From: a virus
Taxonomy: Duplodnaviria > Caudoviricetes
Reading direction: 5' to 3' (one strand)
Length of the DNA: 64,000 nucleotides
IMG/VR virus record: IMGVR_UViG_3300043434_000734
Span: 96,001 to 160,000 of that record
The position numbers were made by a program, and so were the translations under genes. How positions within the stretch are numbered: the stretch's first letter is position 1; each line of letters starts with the position of its first letter. The notes below the pieces were generated by a model that was not told where the DNA came from, searched no databases, and worked only from the letters and a program-made list of their open reading frames with translations. Shown piece by piece: positions 29,683 through 38,488 of this stretch.

Positions 29683-30456
29683 TTATTGTGTTATAGACAA
29701 TTTCCTGTCTACGATGTCCGTTTTAAGCTTTAATAACTTTCCAATATAATTATTCCTTCTTAATAATTTAAATGTAAGGTTTTCATATGAATATTCACCA
29801 CCCGAATCTAAACCACTTTGTCTGAATTTTTTAAGTTTCTTTCTCAAGTCATCAATTTTAGTTAACACATCAACACCTTTATTTGACAATTCAATTAATT
29901 TATCAATTTTATCTCCGTATTCAAGACCCTTCTCAATGATAAGTCTATCATCAATATTCGGTTGATTTTTTTCAGGTTTTATTAACCATTGATTGTTAAG
30001 TATAGAGTAAACTCCCGATGAAATATGATCTTCGTCCACATCTTGAACATAAACCTCAACATCATATCCTTTAATGGTGATATTGTGTGTTTCATTCCAA
30101 ACATTCTTTTTTGCATCAAAAAACTCTTTCACAATTTTATTTACACCCGTAAGTTTTTTATCAACAATTTCGTCAAAATCAATAAGAATATGTAAATCTA
30201 CGTCAGAAAAATTAGACCAATTGTAATTTGCTAATGAACCGGTTAATACTATGTCGTGTATAAAGAATTCCACCCCTAACGAATCGATAAAATTATCCGA
30301 TATTTCTATTAATTTTTTTCTAATATCCTCGTGCATTTTAAATTCATCCCCTTCAACATCAAATATTTGATTAGAAAGGGAGTCTTTAGATTTAAAAGAT
30401 TTAACGATTTTATCGTCCAATTCTTTATCTTCAATCAATTCTTCAAATAAACTCAT
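29683..30456 (-). CDS. Pol-beta-superfamily nucleotidyltransferase
   Basis: LTGSLANYNW..SDVDLH (GS..DxD) plus downstream VEVYVQD. Confidence 0.8.
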   Translation of the reverse strand: MSLFEELIEDKELDDKIVKSFKSKDSLSNQIFDVEGDEFKMHEDIRKKLIEISDNFIDSLGVEFFIHDIVLTGSLANYNWSNFSDVDLHILIDFDEIVDKKLTGVNKIVKEFFDAKKNVWNETHNITIKGYDVEVYVQDVDEDHISSGVYSILNNQWLIKPEKNQPNIDDRLIIEKGLEYGDKIDKLIELSNKGVDVLTKIDDLRKKLKKFRQSGLDSGGEYSYENLTFKLLRRNNYIGKLLKLKTDIVDRKLSITQ

Positions 30457-30698
30457 TATAATTTCTTATAGTTATGACTTCTAGCGATATTTTCGTTGAA
30501 GTGTTTTCCTTGAGATTCGGACATTCTGAATTTAGTGAACTTATTCCAAGGAACTTTATTATATTCATAAATACTCCCATTGTTGAAAGTCACCGTTAAA
30601 TCCTCTGTTTCGGTATTGTATGTTGCTTCTTTTAAATTAGAAGATTGGATGGTGACAGTTATTAGTTTACCATCAATTTTTTCTGATATGATTCCCAT
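30456..30698 (-). CDS. KTSC-domain protein
   Basis: SSNL..ATY......LTVTFNNGSIYEY..VP......F....SQGKHFN. Confidence 0.9.
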   Translation of the reverse strand: MGIISEKIDGKLITVTIQSSNLKEATYNTETEDLTVTFNNGSIYEYNKVPWNKFTKFRMSESQGKHFNENIARSHNYKKL

Positions 30699-30739
30699 AA
30701 TATTTTATTTATACTATATTATACACAATAAATTTTAAA

Positions 30740-30766
30740 TAAAAAACCCCGAAAAATCGGGGTTTG
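30740..30766 (-). terminator. Intrinsic terminator after hsp20
   Basis: aaccccg aaaaat cggggtt with A-tract on +. Confidence 0.8.
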
Positions 30767-30768
30767 TA

Positions 30769-31125
30769 TTAATTTAATGAGACTAAACGCTCGATTGATT
30801 TTTTCCTATCAATCGGAAGGACTAACTCTAAAATACCGTTTTCTACTTTTCCTTCGATATCTCGTTCTTTAACGTCCTCAGGAATGTCATATGACTTGAC
30901 AAAACTATCGACAAAATAATATGATTTATCACTTTCAGTTTTATCAAATGAAATCTTCAACACCCCTTCTTTGGTGGTAATTTTTATATCCTCCTTAGTT
31001 AAGCCAGGAATACTTATCGAAACCTTATATTCGGTTTCACTTTTCATAATTTTAGTTTCAGGAGTTGATAGAAATCTGTTTCCGTCAAAACTCTTAAAAA
31101 ATGGATCGTTAAATAATGTTATCAT
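30769..31125 (-). CDS. Small heat-shock protein (Hsp20)
   Basis: ISIPGLTKEDIKI, FVKSYDIPEDV, IEGKVENGILELVLP. Confidence 0.92.
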   Translation of the reverse strand: MITLFNDPFFKSFDGNRFLSTPETKIMKSETEYKVSISIPGLTKEDIKITTKEGVLKISFDKTESDKSYYFVDSFVKSYDIPEDVKERDIEGKVENGILELVLPIDRKKSIERLVSLN

Positions 31126-31167
31126 AGTTTTGTGTTTTTTTGATTTATATTTTACAAATTGTAAACC

Positions 31168-31225
31168 AAATGTCTAAAACTGACATTTAGACATTTGTTA
31201 GATATTTTTTTAGACATTTTGTCTT
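31168..31225. promoter_or_regulatory. Array of (TA)GACATTT repeats between divergent hsp20 and clpC
   Basis: Copies at 31168 (inverted), 31181, 31188, 31199, 31211. Confidence 0.6.
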
Positions 31226-31282
31226 TTATTTGTTTTTTAGAATGAAAAATGTTATGTTTGTATTCAACTAAACTTATGTAAA

Positions 31283-33301
31283 ATGTCTGTAGATTTTTTT
31301 GAAGAAGGACCAACCACAAATCCTAAAAAAGTAAGAAAAGGGTCTAACACCCCAATTCTTGATAATTTTTCTCGTGACCTTATTAAAATGGCCGAGGAAG
31401 GTAAAATTGACCCTGTTGTTGGTAGGGACAAGGAGGTAAAAAGAATTGCTCAGATTCTTTCTCGAAAAAAGAAAAATAATGCCGTAATTGTTGGTGATGC
31501 TGGTGTTGGTAAATCAGCATTGGTTGAAAAATTAGCAATTATGATTTATAAAGGTGAATGTCCATCTAATTTGTTAGATAAAAGAGTTATGTCTCTTGAT
31601 TTAACTTCATTAGTTGCGGGTACAAAATACCGAGGTCAATTTGAGGAAAGAATTAAAGCAATTTTAAATGAATTACAAGAAAATCCAAATGTAATTGTTT
31701 TCATCGATGAATTACATACAATGGTGGGTGCGGGTAATGCAAGTGGTGCAATGGATGCGGCTAATATCCTTAAACCCGCCTTAGCTCGTGGAGAAATTCA
31801 ATGTATCGGTGCAACCACATTTGACGAATTTAAAAAACACATTGAAAAAGATGCCGCGTTAGTTAGACGTTTTCAAAAGGTGATATTAAAAGAACCAACA
31901 CAAGAAGAGACAGTTGAAATCTTACGTAATTTACAAGAATCATATCAAGAGTATCATAAAGTATCATATGATGAGGGTGTTATTGAATCGATAGTAAAAC
32001 TTTCACATCGTTATATTACGGATAGACAATTTCCTGATAAGGCAATTGATGTATTAGACGAATTAGGTTCAGAAAAACGAGTATCGAGTCGAACACCTGA
32101 ATCGATTGAAAAATTAAAACGTGAAGTTGACGAAATTAAGGAGAAAAAAATACAAGTCGTAAAAAATCAAAATTATGAACAAGCGGCAAAACTTCGTGAT
32201 GAAGAAAAGAAAGTAATTACCAAACTTGAAGATGAAAAATTAAAATGGGTCGATAAACAAAAGAATAATAAAACACCTGTTAGTGTCAGTGATGTTTACG
32301 ATATCATTTCTGATATGACAGGGGTACCTATTACAAAATTAGACACTAAAGAAACTCAAAAGTTATTGAAATTAGAGTCTATTTTATCTACTAAAGTTAT
32401 CGGTCAAAATGAAGCAATCACTTCTATTTCAAAATCAATTAGAAGAAATCGAGTTGGTATAAAAGACGGTAATAAACCAATTGGTTCATTTATCTTCATT
32501 GGTTCTACCGGTGTTGGTAAAACATTTTTAGCGAAATCAATTGCGGATATTTTATTTGGGGATTCAGAAAAAATTATTCGTGTAGATATGAGTGAATTTA
32601 TGGAGAAACATAATGTATCTAAATTGATTGGTTCCCCTCCAGGTTATGTTGGTTATGACGAGGGAGGACAATTAACTGAAAAAGTTAAAAACAATCCATT
32701 TTCAGTAATTTTATTTGACGAGATTGAAAAGGCACATAAAGACGTTTTCAATTTATTATTACAAATTTTAGATGAGGGTCATTTGACTGATTCGTTTGGT
32801 AGAAAAGTAAACTTTACCAATACAATCATTATTATGACATCTAATATTGGGGCAAAACGAGTTTCCGAATTTGGGGGAGGAGTTGGATTCTCAACTTCAT
32901 CAAGCGAACAACAAAAGTATGAAGTCAAAAAAACGATGATTCAGAAATCATTAAAACAACAATTTAATCCTGAATTTTTAAATCGTATTGATGATGTTAT
33001 TTTGTTTAATTCGTTAGATACTGAAACACTTAAAAAAATAATCACAATTGAAATGAGTAAACTAAATTCTCGTTTAATTGACAAGAATTATAAAATTACC
33101 TTTGATAAAACAGTTATTAATAGAATATTCGAATTGAATAGTCAAGAAGAATATGGGGCTCGTCCACTTAAACGAATTATCCAAAATCTTTGCGAAGACT
33201 TTTTAAGTGAAGAAATATTAAAAGGTAATATTGTTGAAAATCAACTATATACCATCAAATATAAAAACGACGAATTAACGATTATTAAAAATTCTAAGTA
33301 G
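31283..33301 (+). CDS. clpC: ClpC-type AAA+ unfoldase lacking the N-terminal Clp-repeat domain
   Basis: Two NBDs (GDAGVGKS, GSTGVGKT), UVR-like M domain, VGF ClpP-docking loop; TATGTTTG promoter at 31253. Confidence 0.88.
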   Translation: MSVDFFEEGPTTNPKKVRKGSNTPILDNFSRDLIKMAEEGKIDPVVGRDKEVKRIAQILSRKKKNNAVIVGDAGVGKSALVEKLAIMIYKGECPSNLLDKRVMSLDLTSLVAGTKYRGQFEERIKAILNELQENPNVIVFIDELHTMVGAGNASGAMDAANILKPALARGEIQCIGATTFDEFKKHIEKDAALVRRFQKVILKEPTQEETVEILRNLQESYQEYHKVSYDEGVIESIVKLSHRYITDRQFPDKAIDVLDELGSEKRVSSRTPESIEKLKREVDEIKEKKIQVVKNQNYEQAAKLRDEEKKVITKLEDEKLKWVDKQKNNKTPVSVSDVYDIISDMTGVPITKLDTKETQKLLKLESILSTKVIGQNEAITSISKSIRRNRVGIKDGNKPIGSFIFIGSTGVGKTFLAKSIADILFGDSEKIIRVDMSEFMEKHNVSKLIGSPPGYVGYDEGGQLTEKVKNNPFSVILFDEIEKAHKDVFNLLLQILDEGHLTDSFGRKVNFTNTIIIMTSNIGAKRVSEFGGGVGFSTSSSEQQKYEVKKTMIQKSLKQQFNPEFLNRIDDVILFNSLDTETLKKIITIEMSKLNSRLIDKNYKITFDKTVINRIFELNSQEEYGARPLKRIIQNLCEDFLSEEILKGNIVENQLYTIKYKNDELTIIKNSK

Positions 33302-33966
33302 TGAATAGTAAAAGAAATCTTTGGGTATTTGGTGATTCATTTTCGGTTCCTTTTAAAAAAATTGAAAATGAACATCCTTATGTCCCTTACAAAGGATATT
33401 GCCCAAAGATTTTTTCGAATATTTTATCCGAAGAATTGGATTTAAACTTAATGGATATGTCAATGGGTGGATGTTCAAATCAATCGATATTCCACACCTA
33501 TATAAAAAACATTAATAAGATAAATGATAATGATATTGTCATTTTTGGTTGGACTCAACCAATTAGATTTAGAATTGCATCTAAACGTAATGATTTTTAT
33601 GATGTAATAATTGCGGTTGCACCTTATATGAGGGAATTTATCGACATATCAATAGATACGTTAAATGAAATAACAATTAATAGATTAACATACTCAATCG
33701 TTTGGGACGAACTAATCGATTACATTAACATAATAGGTAAGTCATCACCCGGATCTCAAATTTTTCATTGGACGTGGGTTGAACCAACAAATAATATCGG
33801 TGTCGACATATACGAACGTAACTTCTTTGAATTATTATTACCCTTCAAAAAGTACAAAACTGTAAAAGAAGAAACTAATGGTGATGTGGACGATTTTCAC
33901 TATGGTGAAATTGGTCATCGTGAATTGGCCAATGATTTATTGATTGAAATTAAAAAAATGTCATAA
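33301..33966 (+). CDS. SGNH-hydrolase-like protein
   Basis: VFGDSFS ... DDFHYGEIGH. Confidence 0.65.
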   Translation: MNSKRNLWVFGDSFSVPFKKIENEHPYVPYKGYCPKIFSNILSEELDLNLMDMSMGGCSNQSIFHTYIKNINKINDNDIVIFGWTQPIRFRIASKRNDFYDVIIAVAPYMREFIDISIDTLNEITINRLTYSIVWDELIDYINIIGKSSPGSQIFHWTWVEPTNNIGVDIYERNFFELLLPFKKYKTVKEETNGDVDDFHYGEIGHRELANDLLIEIKKMS

Positions 33967-34005
33967 ATACTTTACTTTTTGTTAAAAATATATATATTTA
34001 TATTC

Positions 34006-34108
34006 TCAGAGGTTCTCTTTGTCGATTACCTTTTCGTTTTTTTTCATAAGTAAGTGAAGTTGAATTCACCGAAAGACCTTAAAACCCCGACAAATCGTTG
34101 GGGTTTTT
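34006..34108 (+). ncRNA. Putative sRNA A
   Basis: TATTTATA at 33995-34002, internal hairpin, terminator 34082-34108; sequence blocks shared with 61656-61713. Confidence 0.5.
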
Positions 34109-34152
34109 ACTGCATTTTGTTTTCTCAAAATTATTTAGTATATTTACTTTAT

Positions 34153-34368
34153 ATGAAAAAAGTAACATTTATTTTGACCATTGGTGTATTATTTACATTG
34201 ATGTCTTGTGGTTCAGAGTCTACCACAACTCAAACAACTGACTCCACTACAGTTCAATCTGACACCACCACGGTATCGACTGATTCTACAGTATCGGGAG
34301 TACCGGTAGAAGCAACTGAATTACATTCAGATGTAGAAAACCCAACTTCTAATCAAGAAGTAAAATAA
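34153..34368 (+). CDS. Small Thr/Ser-rich lipoprotein
   Basis: MKK-hydrophobic-LMSC lipobox. Confidence 0.8.
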   Translation: MKKVTFILTIGVLFTLMSCGSESTTTQTTDSTTVQSDTTTVSTDSTVSGVPVEATELHSDVENPTSNQEVK

Positions 34369-34421
34369 GAATTTGGGTCGGTTAATCCGACCCTATTTTC
34401 TTTTCATTTAAATTTAAAGTA

Positions 34422-34844
34422 ATGGAAAATGTATTTACAGGAGATTTAATTTTATTAAGAGGTGTGCCTGGTTCAGGTAAAACCACATTAGCAAATGTTA
34501 TTTTACAACAACCAAATAATAATCCACAAGAAGTTTTGTCTGCGGATGATTTTTTTATAAATAAAGAAGGTGAATATATTTTTGAACCTTCAAAAATAAA
34601 AGAAGCACATAACTATTGTCAATTTAGATGTTCTGAAAGGATGAGACAGGGAATTGGTAGAATAGTCATTGCAAATACGTTCACACAAGAATGGGAAATG
34701 AAAACTTATTTTGATATGGCCGAAAGATATAATTATAGAGTCCATACGGTTGTCGTTGAAAATAGACACGGTAATAATAATGTTCACGGCGTTCCCGATT
34801 TAAAACTTCAACAAATGAAAGATAGATTTGAAATCAAATTGTAA
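34422..34844 (+). CDS. P-loop polynucleotide-kinase-like protein (AAA_33 type)
   Basis: RGVPGSGKTT, SADDFF, HNYCQ, IANTF, HGVP. Confidence 0.85.
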   Translation: MENVFTGDLILLRGVPGSGKTTLANVILQQPNNNPQEVLSADDFFINKEGEYIFEPSKIKEAHNYCQFRCSERMRQGIGRIVIANTFTQEWEMKTYFDMAERYNYRVHTVVVENRHGNNNVHGVPDLKLQQMKDRFEIKL

Positions 34845-34901
34845 ACGGATAATTTTATTTTAAAATCAACTCAATCATAAAAAAAACACTAATCAAATAT
34901 T

Positions 34902-35972
34902 GTGTTAACTACCTTAGAAAAATATCACAAAGATGGTTTGTTACATAAACAAACACACCCGACTCTTGATTTAACTATTTGGAATTACACCCCAAAAGTT
35001 CAGTATGAAAAATTATGGGATGAAATCACAATACAATGTCGTGGATTGGTAACTAATTCTAATGGTGACATTGTTGCTCGACCATTTAAGAAATTCTTTA
35101 ATTATGAAGAACATAAACCAGAAGAGATACCAAACGAAGAATTTGTTGTTTATGAAAAATTAGACGGTTCATTAGGTATTTTATTTAATTACCAAGGGGA
35201 ATGGATATTGTGCACTCGTGGATCATTCACATCACCCCAAGCAATTAAGGGTAAAGAGATTCTTAATAGACACGATATAAGTGCGTTAAGAAAAGATAAT
35301 ACACTTTTATTTGAAATTATTTATCCTGAAAATAGAATTGTTGTTGATTATGGTAACGAAGAAAAATTAGTGGTAATTGGTGGTATACATACTGAAACCG
35401 GCGATGAAATATCCGATGAAGGTTTATCTTTTTTACAACAAGCTGGGTTTGAAGTTGTAACAACATATAAAACTTGGGGTGAAGGTTATGATTTACTTAA
35501 AGAGGATATAAGTAAAGATAAAGAAGGATATGTAATTCGTTTTAAAAGTGGTTTTCGTATGAAAATCAAAGGAGACGAATATGTAAGACTTCATCGTATT
35601 TTAACAAACATATCTAATAGGGATATATGGGAGTATTTAAAGGACAATAGACCGTTTGATGAATTACTCGAAAAAGTACCTGATGAATTTAACGATTGGG
35701 TTAAAAAAACCGTTAGTGATTTAAGATATGGATGTTACCAATTAAGAGAACGCGCAGGTAAATTACACGATGGTTTTAGATATGGTAAATTTGGAGACAG
35801 AGAGGTCGAACCATCTAAAAAAGAATTTGCGGAATTTGTAATGAAACAACAAGAAGTCCTACACGGTATTATGTTTGCTATGTGGGACGGTAATAATAAA
35901 AAAGTAGACGAAATAATTTGGAAATTAGTGAAACCAAAATATTCAAAACCATTTAAGAAAGATGAAAATTGA
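34902..35972 (+). CDS. RNA ligase (T4 Rnl1-like)
   Basis: CRGLV, ARPFKKFFNY, EKLDGSLG, FEIIYPENRIVV, EGYV, KIK. Confidence 0.92.
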   Translation: MLTTLEKYHKDGLLHKQTHPTLDLTIWNYTPKVQYEKLWDEITIQCRGLVTNSNGDIVARPFKKFFNYEEHKPEEIPNEEFVVYEKLDGSLGILFNYQGEWILCTRGSFTSPQAIKGKEILNRHDISALRKDNTLLFEIIYPENRIVVDYGNEEKLVVIGGIHTETGDEISDEGLSFLQQAGFEVVTTYKTWGEGYDLLKEDISKDKEGYVIRFKSGFRMKIKGDEYVRLHRILTNISNRDIWEYLKDNRPFDELLEKVPDEFNDWVKKTVSDLRYGCYQLRERAGKLHDGFRYGKFGDREVEPSKKEFAEFVMKQQEVLHGIMFAMWDGNNKKVDEIIWKLVKPKYSKPFKKDEN

Positions 35973-36441
35973 AAAAAAAAGAATATATCTCGATGATGTA
36001 AGAACACCATTACAAGATGATTGGGTAGTTGTCAGAAACTATGATGAATTTGTTAGTAAGATTCGTTTAGTGGGGTTAGAAAATATTGAGGTTATTTCAC
36101 TAGATCACGATTTAGGTGATAGTGCAATGATTGAATATTACAATAATGTAAAGGATAATTATGAATTAGACTACTCAAACATTACAGAAAAAACCGGATA
36201 CGACTGCTGTAAATTTTTAGTTAGTGAGAGTATGAGTAAAAATATCCCATTACCCCAAATTTATGTACATTCCGCAAACCCAATTGGGAGTGCAAATATG
36301 ATGGGGTACATAAATAATTATTTTATGAATTCTAAATTACCACAAACTTGTATTCGTGTCAATATTCAACACACAATTGGAGAAGAGTTTATCTTATCAC
36401 CTGAACTTAGAGAAAAAAAATGGAAAAGAAAGGATAATTAA
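35962..36441 (+). CDS. Receiver-like cyclic-phosphate-processing domain protein
   Basis: YLDDVR, ISLDHDLG, TGYDC, HSANPIG; adjacent to RNA ligase. Confidence 0.75.
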   Translation: MKIEKKRIYLDDVRTPLQDDWVVVRNYDEFVSKIRLVGLENIEVISLDHDLGDSAMIEYYNNVKDNYELDYSNITEKTGYDCCKFLVSESMSKNIPLPQIYVHSANPIGSANMMGYINNYFMNSKLPQTCIRVNIQHTIGEEFILSPELREKKWKRKDN

Positions 36442-36497
36442 TTTTTTTTATTCAAAAAATGATATATTTTTGCTAACCATTTAACTAACTAAACTTT

Positions 36498-36833
36498 ATG
36501 ACTAAAATTGATAACCCAACTAAACAAAAGTACTTCAAAGAATTGAAACTGGAGGGTAAATACAAAGATTTTACGGACTTTTATGATGAAAACAAGGAAA
36601 CCATCTATAAATCAATAATCGACGTTTTTAAAGAGTTTAAAGAGACTAAAAAAACAAAATTAACCTTGAACATATCGGCTAAAATAAAAGGTCTCGAATG
36701 GGATACCGAATTTAATTTCGATAGGTCTGAAACAATAGTTTTAAAAAGAGATGTGATGCCGTATTTTGAAGAAATTGAAGATTACGAGACTTGTGGTGAA
36801 GTATTAAAATTATATGATTGCTTGACTTTTTAA
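36498..36833 (+). CDS. Hypothetical protein
   Basis: 111-aa ORF. Confidence 0.75.
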   Translation: MTKIDNPTKQKYFKELKLEGKYKDFTDFYDENKETIYKSIIDVFKEFKETKKTKLTLNISAKIKGLEWDTEFNFDRSETIVLKRDVMPYFEEIEDYETCGEVLKLYDCLTF

Positions 36834-36860
36834 AGAAATTTAACTATTATAGTATTGTAT

Positions 36861-36923
36861 CAGGAGAGAGGTACATTTATTTTTGTCATATCCCCGTGGG
36901 TTTTTAATCTTCGGGGATTTTTT
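36861..36923 (+). ncRNA. Putative trans-antisense sRNA C
   Basis: 5' 30 nt nearly identical to + strand 46397-46426, so antisense to that mRNA start; ends in atccccg...cggggat-T6 terminator. Confidence 0.65.
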
Positions 36924-37170
36924 ATGAATTAAAAATTTAATTGTACTATATAAAGAACTTCTTGTTATTATTATATTTTTCTTGGTATTCTGATATTTTT
37001 GTTGTATTTTTCTAATAGTTATATAAAAAAAATACAATATGTTAAATTTAATTATAGGTTTATTCGTCTTATGTTCCTCATTTGGAATTACACTTTCTAA
37101 AACACAAACTCATTACGGGTTTCGTAAACAACGTCAACACGTTAAACCTTTAACGTTAGATAAAGATGTG

Positions 37171-38478
37171 TTAAAGCATAACTCTTGATCCGACCAAGAA
37201 GTTACTTAACATTGGGGTATTCGGTTCGGTATTTAAATTCAATTTGTAATTAAAACTGAATCCAAAACGTTTAGTTATTTTATAATCAAAACTACTACCC
37301 AATAAAAACCCAATCTGTCTTCCTACCATAGTACCACCAGTAAAGGTGTTGTAACCTAACGGTGACCACATTGTAAAAACTTGTGGAGATATCGTTAATT
37401 TCTTATTATACTGATACGGTTTTGTCCAAAATACTACTGTGGATGTTGACAAACTAGTTGTGTAGGATTCTTCACCTTTCATTAGTAAGGTAATCAACCC
37501 AACATTATATCCGTAAGTCCCCAATTTAGGGTGAGGTTTAATCCAAGTATAACCTAAGAGACCCATATATGTTCCTTTTAAGTACGCTGAGGTAAATGAA
37601 TAACTATTTAATGAATTCAATTGTCCTTTATTTGTCAATTTCATTACAGTTACTCCCGATGAAATTGCAAATTGGTCAAATGTTGAGAAAGCCATTCCAT
37701 TTAAACTATATGATTTATCACCCATCAAAGATGATTTAGACATTCCTACGGTCATAGCTAAAGAATATGTACCGTCGGCCGATTGTGCGGTTGTTAAATC
37801 CGATGCTATTAACATAGGATTTAAATTTTGTTGTTTTCTTTTCTCTTCTTTTTTCTTTTCTTCCTCTTTTTTCTCTTCTTTCTTAGACTCGGATTTTGAC
37901 TCGTCTTTCTTCTTCTCAGTCTTACTTTCTGATTTTGATTCACTCTTACTTTCTGTTTTTGAATCGGTTTTAGATTCTGACGAAGATGAGGTGTTATTTT
38001 TATTATCCGACGATGAGGGTGGTGTTCCACTATTTGATGATGAGGTTGATGGTTGTGTACTTGTTGTTGCACTTGAACTGACGGCTGACGCAGAATTACT
38101 TGCAGCATTCGATGCTGAATTACTAGCAGCATTGGATGCGGCGGTCGATGCTGCCTGACTTGCCGCAGCAGTTGCAGCCGCTGCAACTTGTTGTGTAATT
38201 GTTTGTTGTACTACGGTATTTGTGGGACATCCCATACTATTATATGCCACATATGTTTGTTGTAACCAAACTTGTAATGAACCACCTTGTACTTGTGCTG
38301 GGGTGAATGTTTTTATTTGATTGTAAAATGAAACTACGGCATTACCATTAACATACGTTGTGGTGGCAATTTTAATCTCACCAGAACATTTATCAACAAA
38401 TGTTTGAGTCATAATTGATTGACCCTTTGTGGTAAAACTAAAAAATAATATTAGGAGAGAGATAATTATTTTTTTCAT
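37171..38478 (-). CDS. Exported protein with Ser/Ala and Lys/Glu linkers and predicted C-terminal beta-barrel
   Basis: Signal peptide; amphipathic beta-strands to the C-terminus (FSFNYKLNLN...NFLVGSRVML). Confidence 0.65.
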   Translation of the reverse strand: MKKIIISLLILFFSFTTKGQSIMTQTFVDKCSGEIKIATTTYVNGNAVVSFYNQIKTFTPAQVQGGSLQVWLQQTYVAYNSMGCPTNTVVQQTITQQVAAAATAAASQAASTAASNAASNSASNAASNSASAVSSSATTSTQPSTSSSNSGTPPSSSDNKNNTSSSSESKTDSKTESKSESKSESKTEKKKDESKSESKKEEKKEEEKKKEEKRKQQNLNPMLIASDLTTAQSADGTYSLAMTVGMSKSSLMGDKSYSLNGMAFSTFDQFAISSGVTVMKLTNKGQLNSLNSYSFTSAYLKGTYMGLLGYTWIKPHPKLGTYGYNVGLITLLMKGEESYTTSLSTSTVVFWTKPYQYNKKLTISPQVFTMWSPLGYNTFTGGTMVGRQIGFLLGSSFDYKITKRFGFSFNYKLNLNTEPNTPMLSNFLVGSRVML

Positions 38479-38488
38479 TATGTTATTT

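Noticed and set aside
29683-30456. CCA-adding enzyme call
   Set aside because: Only the generic GS..DxD motif is present; class II CCA motifs and HD domain are not seen
37039-37188. 49-aa hydrophobic + strand ORF (MLNLIIGLFVLCSSFG...)
   Set aside because: Plausible micro-protein, but no clear promoter and it overlaps the convergent gene; insufficient support
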